Positions 1 to 12,900 of a DNA stretch of 64,000 bases are shown one piece after another (position 1 is the stretch's first letter; every line of letters starts with the position of its first letter). The position numbers were made by a program, and so were the translations under genes. The DNA lies in contig CM119267.1 in assembly GCA_051294375.1 (NCBI GenBank), positions 1,875,448 through 1,939,447 of the forward strand, given 5' to 3'. The notes below the pieces were generated by a model. It was given only the letters and a program-made list of their open reading frames with translations. It searched no databases and had not been told where the DNA came from. This DNA is from Paraspadella gotoi (taxonomy: Eukaryota > Animalia > Chaetognatha).

Positions 1-423
1 AAATGGAATTTAAGAGCGAAAGAAGAGAAAGTGAGGGGAGGAAAGTAAAAGAGAGAAGAAGAAAAAAGGGAAAAAACGAAATCGTTTTTAATTTTCATGT
101 AAAAAGATTTAATTTGTTTACCAACCCCGATACACCTTACCCTCCTTCGCCCCTCCCTCCTNNNNNNNNNNNNNNNNNNNNNNNNNNNNNNNNNNNNNNN
201 NNNNNNNNNNNNNNNNNNNNNNNNNNNNNNNNNNNNNNNNNNNNNNNNNNNNNNNNNNNNNNNNNNNNNNNNNNNNNNNNNNNNNNNNNNNNNNNNNNNN
301 NNNNNNNNNNNNNNNNNNNNNNNNNNNNNNNNNNNNNNNNNNNNNNNNNNNNNNNNNNNNNNNNNNNNNNNNNNNNNNNNNNNNNNNNNNNNNNNNNNNN
401 NNNNNNNNNNNNNNNNNNNNNNN

Positions 424-603
424 GGCAATCCCGAGGGTCTGGAGAACAACAACTTGACAGGCAAGCGGCGAGGCCCCCGTACCACAATCAAGGCGAAGCA
501 ACTGGAGACACTGAAGGCAGCGTTTGCCGCCACGCCCAAGCCAACTCGGCACATCAGGGAGCAACTGGCTCAAGAAACAGGCCTCACCATGAGGGTCATT
601 CAG
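424..603 (+). CDS. Lim1: Lim1/Lhx1-5 homeodomain exon (5' end lost in N gap)
   Basis: Frame from 424 reads [60 protein letters not shown], the Lhx1/5-class homeodomain. It ends at the donor CAG|GTGAGG (GT at 604), at the VIQ|VWFQ helix-3 position. Not in the ORF track. Confidence 0.95.
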
Positions 604-1461
604 GTGAGGATGCTGTTGTGAAATATGCGGCTGTTGTGAATGTTTTGGTTTTGGCTTNNNNNNNNNNNNNNNNNNNNNNNNNAAAAAGAAGAGAGATAAT
701 ATCGAGCTGATATATGTGTAGCAATGAAAAGTTTGGAGAGATATTGTAAGAGAGATATCACCAAAGAGGAGTAAAAGAAGAAGTTCCAAGTATCCCGGAC
801 AGTGATACAAATGCGCTTAATCAACTAGATGCTACTCTCTCTCTTCGCTCGCATCGCGCGTATCTGTCGCTGTTTCGTTACTCATCTTTCGCGTCGCTCG
901 TTGCGTCGGTGTCATCTATTCGGGCATGTTAGTGGTTTCGGAGGTGTCTTTCCCTCCTGCAGTTTATAATCGGGAAGATTTAGGGAAAAAAAGCGTCAAT
1001 TAGTTAAGAAAACAAAAATTCGTGACAATTTTTTTAATCTTATTTTCTATCTTATTTTATTTTCACTTTTCTTTTTTCTTTTCTTTTTTTTTCCTCCTTA
1101 TAAACTTTCCTTTTCTTTAATTTTCTCATTTTTCTTTTTCATTTTCTCTTTTCTTTCATTTTCGCTTCTTCAACTTTCTTCATTTTTCTCATTTTTCTTT
1201 TCCTTTTTTTCTTTTCTTTCATTTTCTCATTTTTCTTTTCCTTTTTTTCTCTAAGAGAGAGATATACTCTCTCTCATCCTCTCTCATCCTCTCTCTCTCT
1301 CTCTCCCTCTCTCTCTCTCTCTCCTCTCTCTTCCTACCTCCTCTCTCGTCGCTTCTGATACATTGCAATAAGAGAGACCAGACGTTTCCCGCGACAATGG
1401 CGGACAATAAAGGACAATCAATTCAATTCAATAGGAACAGCGTCAACCTTGAGTGTGTGTG

Positions 1462-1467
1462 TGAGAG

Positions 1468-1542
<75 letters not shown>
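1462..1542. repeat. (GA)n microsatellite in Lim1 intron, typical of many GA/CT tracts between 1 and 37 kb
   Basis: Directly visible. Other tracts at ~7440-7560, 18733-18790, 23480-23635, 31655-31860 and 34245-34340. Confidence 0.95.
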
Positions 1543-1544
<2 letters not shown>

Positions 1545-2092
1545 GAAACCAGAAGCCACGAGAACACACCGCGAGAGACAGACCCGCACGAACCACACCG
1601 CAGCNNNNNNNNNNNNNNNNNNNNNNNNNCGCTCCTTCTCTATTACAAACTTTTCCGCACCCCGCTCAGTTTATTCATAGAGCCATTAATATTAAAAAGG
1701 ATTTATGTTTTCCCTTTTGAGTGCTTGTGAATTCGAACGACGGGAAACTTCTTTGCCTTTTAGCTTCCTTTTTTTTTCTCAGCCTTTCTTGTTCCGCCTA
1801 TTCATTCTTTCCTCCTCTTTCTATCTTTAACAACTATTTTTTTTTTGTTAGTAGGATTAAATCCGAAAAATGAAACAAATATAAAACAATTCGGAAAACT
1901 CACTTGTCATTAACAATTGCTCGTATTGAATTAAAACGTAAAAACAATGAAAATCAGGAAATGTTATGAACGCCAACATTGTATACCGCCCCTTATGAAT
2001 GAACCCGTTTCAACTAATTGTTGTATAACCTAATGAAAAGCAGTTAAACGAAACAATACAAAAAAAAAACAAAAACCAATTGTAATCAACAG

Positions 2093-2309
2093 GTGTGGTC
2101 TTCAGAAAACAAGCACGGAGGCAAGGAGCGGCGGATGAAGGGCAGTTTTGTCAGCCTCTTGGGGCACGCGCGGCAACTTTGTTCCCGCAACCACCTGCTC
2201 GCGAAAGGACTGCGCGCGCTCCGGCCGATCCGCATACGAGCTACGACAACTCGCCGGATCTTCTCGGTCACGAGGGTTCGGGTATTTGCCGGACCGGATG
2301 CTTTTATGG
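2093..2309 (+). CDS. Lim1: Lim1 exon: end of homeodomain helix 3 and downstream region (indel-corrupted)
   Basis: Acceptor caacag|GTGTGG. The sequence gtgtggtcttcagaaaacaagcacggaggcaaggagcggcggatgaag matches VWFQNKRSKERRMK with extra inserted bases. Donor G|GTAAGG at 2310. Confidence 0.85.
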
Positions 2310-2663
2310 GTAAGGTTAGGGAAGTGGATGCGAGTGGTTGGGTTGAGAAGTGATGGCCGGGGTGGCTTTTGGTAGGGCGATGAGGGCAGAGCGGTGAGTC
2401 ATTTCTGTGATCGGTGTCAGGAAGTGTCGAGTGTTTCTGGAAATGTCAGGTTGTTTTTTAACTGGCAACTCTCTTGGAAGAGGGCCATTTTTCTGTATTT
2501 AATTAAAGTTTGCCAATGAATGTAACATTGAAAAAAAAATTAATGCGATAGTTTTTTATTAAACAATTTGTTAATTGAATCGTAAAGCAATCCAATGATT
2601 ATGGTTTCAAGTAATTCCAATATTTTTCTAATGACCCCTTTCACTCTTATTTTCCCCCTTCAG

Positions 2664-3236
2664 ATGGAAACGAATTTTACCCCACACGGTCCACCGCCCA
2701 CACGGGGTATTTCGACTTCTACCACCGGACCCCCGACTGGGTCAACCGCCCCGGGCCCCCGGGTGGCCTATTCATGGGCCCACGGGGGTCTTTCCGGCCC
2801 GGGCGGCCCGGGCGCGCCCCCTCCGCCCCACGGACTACCCGCCAGGAGGCCCAACCGGGGCGGGCCCCATCCCATTCGCGAATGACGGAACCACTTCTGC
2901 CCCCACATGAACCTTTCACATCATGGGGGTCGAGGCTTCATTTCCCGTCAGACCGCCCTCTGTCGACATGGGCGCGCCACGCGTCCGGCCTCATTCGTCC
3001 GGCGCCGTTGACGCAATGAGCGCCACCAGCGCCACCAGCGTCAGTTCCGCATCCGTCGTCGGTCAGTCGTCGTCGTCGGCCGCTGGAGACTTGAGCCATC
3101 CTCTGCAGCGCGCGGGCGGCGGCGGTCGGCCGGGTGGCGGCCGGAGGAGGAGGAGGAGGAGGATTCTGTTCATCCACTGACGTGCGCCGAATTCATCGAG
3201 TCACCGAAATATCGACGCCGGGGTGAAGTGTGGTGA
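2664..3236 (+). CDS. Lim1: Probable last coding exon of Lim1 (Pro/Gly-rich C-terminus; frame broken by errors)
   Basis: Acceptor tttcccccttcag|ATGG at 2663/2664; GC-rich coding-like sequence (GNEFYPHGPPP...). Tentative end GAA GTG TGG TGA (EVW*) at 3225-3236 resembles the terminal VW of Lhx1/5 proteins. The end point is uncertain. Confidence 0.6.
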
Positions 3237-4919
3237 AGTTAACGAGGGAGTGAACGAGGAAGTGAACGAAGAAGTGACGAGGAAGTGACGACAAAAAAAG
3301 ATAATGAATGAACAACACTTTCATCAATTTGAAACAATGACTATGACGTTCGACGAAAAAGAAAGACGATGCATGACGACGACGACGCACGACGACGACG
3401 ACAAAAAGACGACGATGACGACGACCAAACTATATGAATTTTTTTTATAATTTGTTCGAGCAAATTTGAGGAAATGAATTTAGTTGTTATGTAATTAGAA
3501 ATTCGATGTATTTTCGGGTTTTATTTTCGTATTGCTGTGAGTTAAAAGCTGAAATTGTACAGGGTTTTTGTATATGTTTGAGAAGTACATGGACCTTATA
3601 TTCTATAAATTACGACTAAAGAACGTCTATCTCTGACTTCGTTCTCTGCTCGTCACTGATTCTCTCATAACGATATCATGATAATGATAATGATCTGAAA
3701 AGAATCTGAACTCAGTCTAGCGTTCTCTATTTCGAATTATGCATTGCATCTATGAAAGCATGTGACTTCTTTCCTCGATGCACTATTCGTCTATCACTGC
3801 ATGTCTACGTCTCGCGCGAGCAAAGTCGGTATCGCGTAGAGACATACACTTCCGATTACATTGCAATACAAGAAGAGACGAGGATCGCTTGACCGGCGAC
3901 ATGATTTGGCGAGAATTAATCGAAGTAGCGCATAAATCTCCAATTGAGCGATTTCAGAGAGCGCGACATCTACAGGGCTCGAGCTCGAGAGCCTTTGTAT
4001 GGTGCTCTCGACTGAGAGAAGAGAGAGAGACAACGAGCCATAAGGTATGTAGCTTCAGCAGATATGAGAGTGAGGAGTACGCGACGAGAGAATGGATGTT
4101 AGAAGAGCAGAGGAGAGTGTAGTACGTATAGAAGGAACCGAGAGAGAAGCAGAGATACTAAGAGAGATTCTCTTGTCTATAGTATTTGAATGTCTGGAGC
4201 CGAGGGAGTCGTTAACACACGATCTTTAATATACCCAATCGAATTAGAACTACAGCGGTGTGTACAAGAAATAAAAGGCTAGGATCAACGGTATATAAAA
4301 CTGAGTCGATAGTATGTTCGTACAGATACATCTATTAGCATCAATCATGCTTTAGAATTATGTTTTTTGAGTTATTGTCGTATATATTGACACGTCTGTC
4401 TGAGACTATAATATCAATTAATATGTAATGAAAATATACAAATGCCAAAAAGAATTTATGAACGAGAAAACACCTAATATGCTATGTATATTTATTATCA
4501 AATGTATCCCAGATCAAATAGACACAAGAGAGAAGATTTTTTTGAACTCTCCAATCTTTCTTACACGAATCGATTATGTGCCAATTAGAACTTGTTAACC
4601 GTGGACGTCACCAGGACTTCAATTTTAATTTCAAGTTTACGAGACACGCGCGCGCCGACCATGGCTTCCATCTCTCGGCCTCTATGGACTCAGTACGCCC
4701 GACGCTCTCTCATCAAACGACTTGCGAAAACTCGTATAAGAGAGAGTAGTCCGTAATATATCTTGTATGAGCAGTAAGAAAATATTTGGAATGAGAAATC
4801 GTGTCACAAAAAAACAATCGATAAACTCTCGTCGTCCTGTCGCTAGTTCTGTCCTGTCGCTCGAGAAATCGCTTCCTTAAGCTAAACACGAAGAGAGCGC
4901 GAACAGAGTCTGTACTGCA

Positions 4920-7900
4920 TAGTTAATTGATATTTTTACTAAATCTGTCAAACTCGAGCAGCTTTGTCCACTTTTTTTTGTTCTTTCCCTTTAAAAATGT
5001 TTTCTAACGACTTAGAAGATGTAGTAAAGAGAAAGAATTATTTTGAGAGTCAATCAGTCTTTAACTCTTTTAAAGAAAAAAAAACATTGCTTCATGATTA
5101 ATAATAATTGCATTGTAATATACATGAGGAAATATTATCTCTCCACCCAACCTCTTATCTTCCTTCTCTCCTTAGTACCTGTACACCGATACAATGCTCT
5201 TGCGTGTTTCGGGAAATGAGAAAGTGTCAAACAAACCAGACGTCGCCGTCGTAATCTTTCGTTCTGCCTCTTGTTTTTTCATCTGTTCTTTTTTTTTTCA
5301 TCCCTCTTATTTCCCGCTCTGTTATCAATGGAAATTTTACGCTGTTTCTTGATAGCGCGTTCAAATTTGTTTAATTATATAAAACCGTCCACTGTAAAAA
5401 TATTGATAGTATCTGTTCTGTTAGCTAGTAACGTATTCGAGTCTCGGCTATTAGAACAGAAAATTTCTATCAATTTATCCTACAAATATACGGGAACTAA
5501 TCAGAGATCAAAAAATTTGTCACACAAGTAGATTATAATTCTTGTTAATTGTTAATTATCATGTTGTGACGAAGTTAGTTCAAAGAAATTAATTCAACAG
5601 AGATTACTAGGGTGCACTTAAGGACAGTCCTATTTCAGAAATTCCCGATGGAGGTCGCTAAGCATTTTAAAAATTGTGCAAAGTAAATGATAATGCTCTT
5701 TTCGAGTGAAATGATGACGGTCTAAAGAGATGAGCGCGATTTTCGCGCGTGCACACAAACATAGTAAATGCCCTTCCACGGACTACGGTATCATAAGTGC
5801 CACACAGATAAAGGGTGTTTCATGTTTCGCTTATAAAAGATCCACAGAGTAGAAGGTACAAATCTAAAATGGTAAAAGAGAGAAGATTTGTCCACCCACG
5901 AATCGTATCAAGATGAATGCGAGAGAGCGGGGGGTCAGCAAGAAGGTGAGAAGAGGATCAGTTTGCACACGGAAAAATGGAATAGACTTTAGGCAGATAT
6001 TTCCAGTTTGATATTAAGAGTAATAATAACGCTGAGAACGTGACCGTGCAGGAGACGGAAAGTAAGTATTTGCACAATATTATAAAGTATTTGCTGCATT
6101 CTATAAATCGGAACGAGCAGAATTCTTCAAAGGTAGGACGCAAAACAGCCTTTGTTTTACTCGTGAATAAATTGATTAGTTCCTCCCATGTCTATTATTC
6201 TTCTCTCACTCGTTTCCGGTGGTCCAAAAGACGGCATATCCATTTTCAGCTTTCTATGTCTGGCAAAAAGATCCACTGCAAAAATCATGCAAAAACTTAA
6301 ATCACTAAAAACTCAATAAAATACTTGATTTACTCACAAGTATTAGGTCACAAGGAGTTCTATTGATCGTAGCTCACCCTACACTAGTAGCTGCCTACAA
6401 AATCTCTGATTTTTATGACCTCCCAAGTGGAGATCTACTTCCGCTGATCTAAAAAACCGATAAACGAAAAAAAAAAAAGAATTTCGTGTTTTTAGATAAT
6501 GTTTTTTTCTTCAAAAAAAGTGATGTCGGGTTTAGATTCTTGCCACACTACAAGCGGCTAAGTTAAGGTTACTAAGGAACAAAATTTTCTCATATATTCC
6601 TTTCGGTCCTTTTACACCGAGTTGATGCCAATACATTGTAAAATATCTTACGCTTTTTTTCTTTCTTTCCTTCCTTCCTCTCGTGCTTCCTTCTCTTCCC
6701 TCCTCTTCCTTCCTTCTTCCTTCGCTTCCTTCCCCTCTCCTTCCTTTCCTAAGAAATCCTTCTACCTGGTTTCCCTTCCTTCCCTTTTCATCCTTCCTTC
6801 CAACCTTTATTTTTAAGCTATTTACGCTTCCTGGGGCATTCTGCTTTCTCTCTGAAACTCGAAATTCTCACCTCTTCTCTTCCCCTTCTCTCGCCTCATC
6901 ACGGCTCTCTCTGGGTCACCTCACTCTCCTTCGCGTCGGCCGATATGTCCTTATCTATGTATTTCTTCCTCAATTCGTCCTTTCACAATGACAATGCGCA
7001 TTCTCCCAATAAGTGCGGCATCCGCCCTTTTCCCCTGCCTTTGCACCATCTCTAACATTCGTCCCTCCTCTCTTCTCTCTTCGCGCATTAATGCTTTACT
7101 TTATGATTTCCTCTCTTCATTCTCTTCAACTGCACCCGTCCTTTCCACTCTATCACTCGCATTCTTTCCTTTTTACATCCTTGTCCTTCCTCGCTGCGTC
7201 CCTTTCGCCGCTCTTCCTTTCCTTTTTCCCCCCCCTTTTGGGTCGCTCTTTTCTTCAACCTCCCATTTTTCTTTGCATCTTCTCCGTTTTCCCAATCAGC
7301 CTCTCTTCTTCTCTCATCACTTCTGCCGCGTCTCCTTGTTCTTTCTCGTCGCCGCGGATCCCTCTTTTCGTGGTCTTCTTCCAGTCGCCGCTGGGCCAGT
7401 GGTTCCGCCCGAGTTGAGAGGGAATGTGAGAGACAGAAAGAGCGAGAGAGAGAAGAGAAGAGAGAGAGAGAGAGAGAGAGAGAAGGGAGAGAGAGAGAGA
7501 GAGAGGACAGAAAAGTATGAGCAGAGACAGAGAGAGGTGAGAGAGAGAGACCGGTAGAGAGAGGGGTACGCACTATTACTAAATTCATTCGCTAACTTAA
7601 ATGCAACTGTTTCTTGTTAGCTTTCAATCACTAGACAGCGAATTAATTTCTCTAACCAGCAACACTTTTCTTTTCCTTTTCCCTCATATCCAACATCATC
7701 ACATTCAATCATTCAACTCTTACTCAATCAAATCAATCATTCTCATTAATTACAATCATATCAGATACACGCAGCGCTATCAATGTATATTGTCTCTAAA
7801 GATCGCTGCTTGAGAGATCATTTTTTTTGATCAGAGAGGAGAGAGAGAGAGATAAGAGAGAAAGAGAGAGAGAGGGAATCGAAGGGGAGACGGCGCAGAG

Positions 7901-9900
7901 AAATACTTGTGCGGGGTTCAAATGCGTTTTTTTTTCGCTTTGTTCCTTTGTTTCTTTTCTACCTCACCTCCACGTTTTCTTGCCTTGTTTCTCTTTTGTT
8001 TTTTCTCTCGTCATTATTTTCCTTTTTTTTTGCCTGTTATTTTAAAATGAATTTTTGCGTATCGAAATTCGCGCGTCGAGAGAAAAAGAAATTTGAGATG
8101 GAGAGAATGGAATCCGCCTGCGTCGGCGCCTTTCGACGAAAGTGTGCGATTTGGGTCCGATGAAGGCAGAATTCTTGTTCTGATGCTGATTTGGTCCATC
8201 GGAATACGTCCCGCGCCTCCTCTCGACGCTCGACGCCGATTGGTCCGGATGCAGGGATTCCTTTCTTCCCCCCCATAAAAATAAGGAATGCGAGGGGAAT
8301 CTAATACAAAACAAGATGATCGGAGAAAGGTAAAACAGCACAACTATAGAAATGATATTCTAAGAAACTTGGAAAAGGGAGAAATGCTGAAAAAAAGGGG
8401 TGACTTTAAGAAAGGCGGTCTGGGGGGTTGAGAAAGTTTGGGGTCTGGAAGAAGACAAGAATGCTAAAGGGGATGGGATCTTGAGATTCGTCGGGTCCTG
8501 GATCATCTCGAAATTCTTCTCGCGGGCGTCGGACCAGATTTTTTTGGGTTATAAAAAACAGCAGCAAAAAAAATCTGAAAATTAATTATTTTTATATTCG
8601 GAAATATCTCTAAGTTATAATGTGTTTACTTCGTTAAGAACAAATTGTTGTAAATTTCCAAGCTAACGTAAAATATCGGCATACACAAAATCTAATTCAT
8701 AAATTGAAATAATATACAATAAACAGAGAGAGAGCGCTTACTTTCTTAACGAGGAACAACATGTTTATCTGTATTTGAAAAAGATGTTTACGGTTGATTT
8801 GAGAATGTTATTCAATGTATAATTAAGGGCGTAGGTGAAAGAGTTACATACGAAAATTCTAGTAAAGAGTCAATTATGAACAACTGATACACTATCAGCT
8901 GGAAACAGGTATATTTGTAAAAAAAAATTAATTTTATGTTTTTAATTTCGCAGTAGCTATATTTTATATAGTACTATCTATATAAAATCGAACAAAGTAT
9001 TTTAAATAGGCTTTTCTTAATTTTGATTGCAAAGATTTAGACATTCCTCGTGCAAAAGTTGGTAAGAGGAGAAAAATATAAATCTTTTTTTGTTTATTCA
9101 TGAAGTGGGAGGGTTAAAAATTAAAAACTATATTTAGATATATAAAAAGTTAATTTTCAGTCTTAATAATAGCTTTTTTCCCTAATATTTTGACACCACT
9201 AATGAGGAATTTTTCAAGAAGTATATTTCTGTTTCATCAACTTTTTATGACGAATCCAAATCTGCAAAGAGATATCTTTAAAAAAAACTGTTTTGATTTT
9301 TTAACATTTATTGGTTTTAGTACTAGGAGGTTAATAAATATGCCTACACTGACAGTAAATGTGAAAAAAATTATTATAAAAAAAGTATTTATTACAACCA
9401 TAAATGTTCAATTAAGTAATAGAACATATGGTGTTGCATCGGTCCTGCACATTTTAAAGAAGTTTTAATTAAAGGTTAAATTTAGAATTTGTACTCCACG
9501 AGACACTTAATCGATATACTATTCTCACTTTCCTAATTATAAAAGAGAACATATAACTCAAATGTGGAATCGAATGGTATATCTCTTCGACTGTTATAAT
9601 GGAAATCACAGTCTAGTGAATATTTCTAACCTCTCACTTCCACGTCTCTGATCCATTCTTGTATTGTATAAAATATTGTCAGTTAGTATTTTTTTAGGAT
9701 TTATTTCTGTTCTAATGGTCAGTTGCCAGCGCTCTCTCTCTCTCTCTCTCACTCTTTCTCTTTTCTTTCTCTCTTTAATTGTTCTTGTTTTTCTTCCTTC
9801 GCTCATTCATAAAAATGTCAACTTGTTCATCATTTTTTTTCTTTTCGTTTAACATCGATCCACGTGAAAAATTTCCGAAGCGCCAGAGAGTAATTCGAAT
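4920..9900 (+). repeat. ~5 kb segment, copy 1 of a direct duplication (copy 2 at ~17420-22400)
   Basis: Shared anchors in the same order: ctcttttaaagaaaaaaaacattgct (5065/17516), gattttcagcttt...atccactgcaaaa (6240/18386), cgctgggccagt (7390/18834), aaaatctgaaa...attaattattttatattcggaaa (8570/20563). The copies differ by many single-base indels. Confidence 0.8.
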
Positions 9901-12900
9901 TAAATATCACCAATAAACAAAATCATCCCGCTTTTATCTCATAAGACAAAAATATTCACGAACCGATATATTCTTCTTTCTCTCTAACATGCCTACCCCG
10001 CGTTCCCTGCCTCCCGTCTTGTCTTCGCTGCTCTCTCTTCTTGTTACTTCTCTCCTCTTCTCCTGGCCTCAATGCCTTTGTATGTGGACAATAAGAACAG
10101 ATTTACGCCAAACAGCTGGGAGACTTTGTACAAAAAACATCATGTTTTTCTCACTAGACAAATATCGCCATTATCGTGGGCGTGAGGAGGACCGGGATTA
10201 AAGTAGTCTAGTGCACTACCAAAACTCTGATTCTTCAAAAGCTCTTCGATTTTAGAATTTGATTTCTTCTGATGAGGTATTTGAAAAGGTGAATTGCAAA
10301 GTTCACATCATTTCCTCTATTTTCTCTTAAAATCACGACTTTTTACGCTCGTTTTATACACTGCTATTACTCTCACTCCCTACTTTTTTTTGTGTTAAAA
10401 TCATCAATTATAATACTATTGCTATTCTTCCGTTTTTTTCAACTTTCTCAACAAGACTTCGTTTCTCTGGTTCCTGACGTTTTTGTCGTTCGTTCGTCGT
10501 CGTCTGTTCATTTCTTTTCTATTGACATTCTTTACTTTCTTATTATTGTCGCCTCTGTCTCTTTTCATCTTTCCTGTTCTGAGTTCTGGCGTATAGTCGC
10601 TACATCCGCACTTCCTCTTATCCCTAGCGATTACGATCAGGAGATCGCCGTTCCACGGCTAATTTTCGAGAATTACACGTCTAAATAGACGGCAACGCAC
10701 ATCCGATTTCCTCCTCCCGCATTTGGCCAGATCTCTTTCCTGCCATGACTTCCCTCTACCTCTACCTCTCGCTCCCGACTCAGAGAATTGCTACCTACCC
10801 ATCTCGAACATAGACGACCTTAATTCCCCCTCCTCCTCCCTCACAGCACTCGGATCTTCGACTCTCCTCCCTCTCCGCTTCGCAGGAGGCGGGGAAGTCA
10901 TAGAAGATTATCTCCTTCGTCCTTCGCGCGATTCCAAGCATTGTCCTCCCTGCCTCCCTACTCCTCTCTTCATCTCTCCTAGCTCAACTACACGCTCCTT
11001 GATCCTTACCTCTCCACCTCGTCGGCCTCCCTGTGTCCCCCATCTACCCCTTTCCCCCTCTCTTCACGTTCCTCCTTCTCGGTTCAAGTTTTGCTCTCCA
11101 TACCTCGTCGGTGGTCGATCATGGTGATGCGTCCAACATAAATCTGACGTAGTCGTCATTTAAAGTCCGTGTTCAGATATGACGGAGTCTATTTTCCTCG
11201 TACGGAGCCCGACACACATAACTTACTATTCGGCACTAATTTGCGACAAATGAGCCTTTCTACGATATAATTACTATCAGAAGATCATCCTCTCTCCTTC
11301 AACCATCACACACATCGGCAATCGCGTCTCTCCTACGGAAGGTAAAAAGAGAGAGATAAATCTTTGATTAATCTTTTCTTGCTCATTTGAATTATCATCT
11401 AGTATGTATCTTCGTCCTCGATTTCCGACTTTTAATCCGACTGTATCGTCTTCTATCAATTACTAATCCCACAGTATCTCTTCTATCTCCCCCCCTCCTC
11501 GACGATCAATCCTTGGGGTATATCGTTTTTTTCGTACTTTTCTTTCATTCTGTCGTCTTTTCATCTCCAATATCGGAATCGAGTTCGCGTTCCCTTTTAT
11601 TTTTATTCTCGAAAGTGAACGCGATTCTTCGTCGCTAGATGGGGATTTGCGATCTTGGCGCTCAAACTCAGCGAATGGGAGCGACCATTGTGTGATGTGA
11701 CAGTGATGTCGACGATCGACGACGACGACAGACGCGCGAGACGATTTTTGGAAGTGAACGAATGCTGTATTTTATTTTCGGCAGTGAATAGATTACAGTT
11801 ACGAGCGTAAAGTCTTTTAAAAATAGATAATATTCAACTTTCTTCACCTTTAATCCTCATCAAAAATCACGAATTCTAAAAAATCGAAGCTTTTAAGATC
11901 AGATTTTGCCTTACTACTTTAATTCGGTCCCTCACGCCCGATAAAATTAAAACATTTATCCCGCTTGTAAATCTTTTTTTTTTTGTAAAATTTCTCGTAT
12001 TAATAGATTTTGAGTATAATTTTTTTTTTTCAATTATATTTTTTAAGTCTCTGTCTGGTTTTTTTTTTTTCGTTATAGACAAGGGCGACGGTCATATAAA
12101 ATTCTGTAATATTTTGAAAATTTATTTCTTTTTTTTTAATCTTCTATGAGCGCCGATAAGTAGCGGATAGGAGGAAAGGCAGGATTTAGTACGGATTATG
12201 TGAATCTCAGAGGGGACATGACAACGACTAGTACGCATTGTTGCTTTTTTTCTTAACGTCGAGATCGTGAACCACACTCTCATCCAGATGAAAGAAACAA
12301 AACAAAAACGACAGTACCTAGAATAGATCTCCGGCGATCGTATGCCTAGCATCGCTGGCTGCCTTCCACATCCGCGACCCTCTCCGCCATTTTACTTTTC
12401 CGAACTGATACATTACGTCTGGTTATTATAGCTTTTACCTAAATCCCCTTTTCCCTTCCCCTTCTTCTCCCGCTTCACTCGAATCATACCCATTTCCGTC
12501 CGCCTTCCCTTAAGGTTCGATGCAGACGAGTCTGGTACTCAATATTCATCTCTCTTCATCTTCCTCGGCTCTGCGGCTCGGTTTTTTCTTTCATACGCAC
12601 ATCCCCGTCTCATTCTCCTCTCATCTCTCAGGGTGCTCTTCACATCCAACACGGCACACATCAATTCTTCCCCTGCTCTCTCTGCCCTCTTCCTCTCTCT
12701 CTCTCTGGGCTCTTCCTCTCATCTGCGGCGGCATGCGTAAATATTTGACCCCCTCCCGCACAATATTTCTCCCCGTGCTCACTCTCCCGCCTAACTATCC
12801 CACCTTTATCAAATCACTTCCCTCTTCTCTCTCTTTCTCTCTTATCTACCTCCTCCTCTCTCTCTATCCCTCTCTCTCTCTTCTTCTCCTCTTCTTCTCC

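Noticed and set aside
3-810. ORFs 3-710(+), 118-810(-) and 137-487(-)
   Set aside because: They read through N gaps in the wrong frame or strand; the real coding frame is the Lim1 exon at 424-603.
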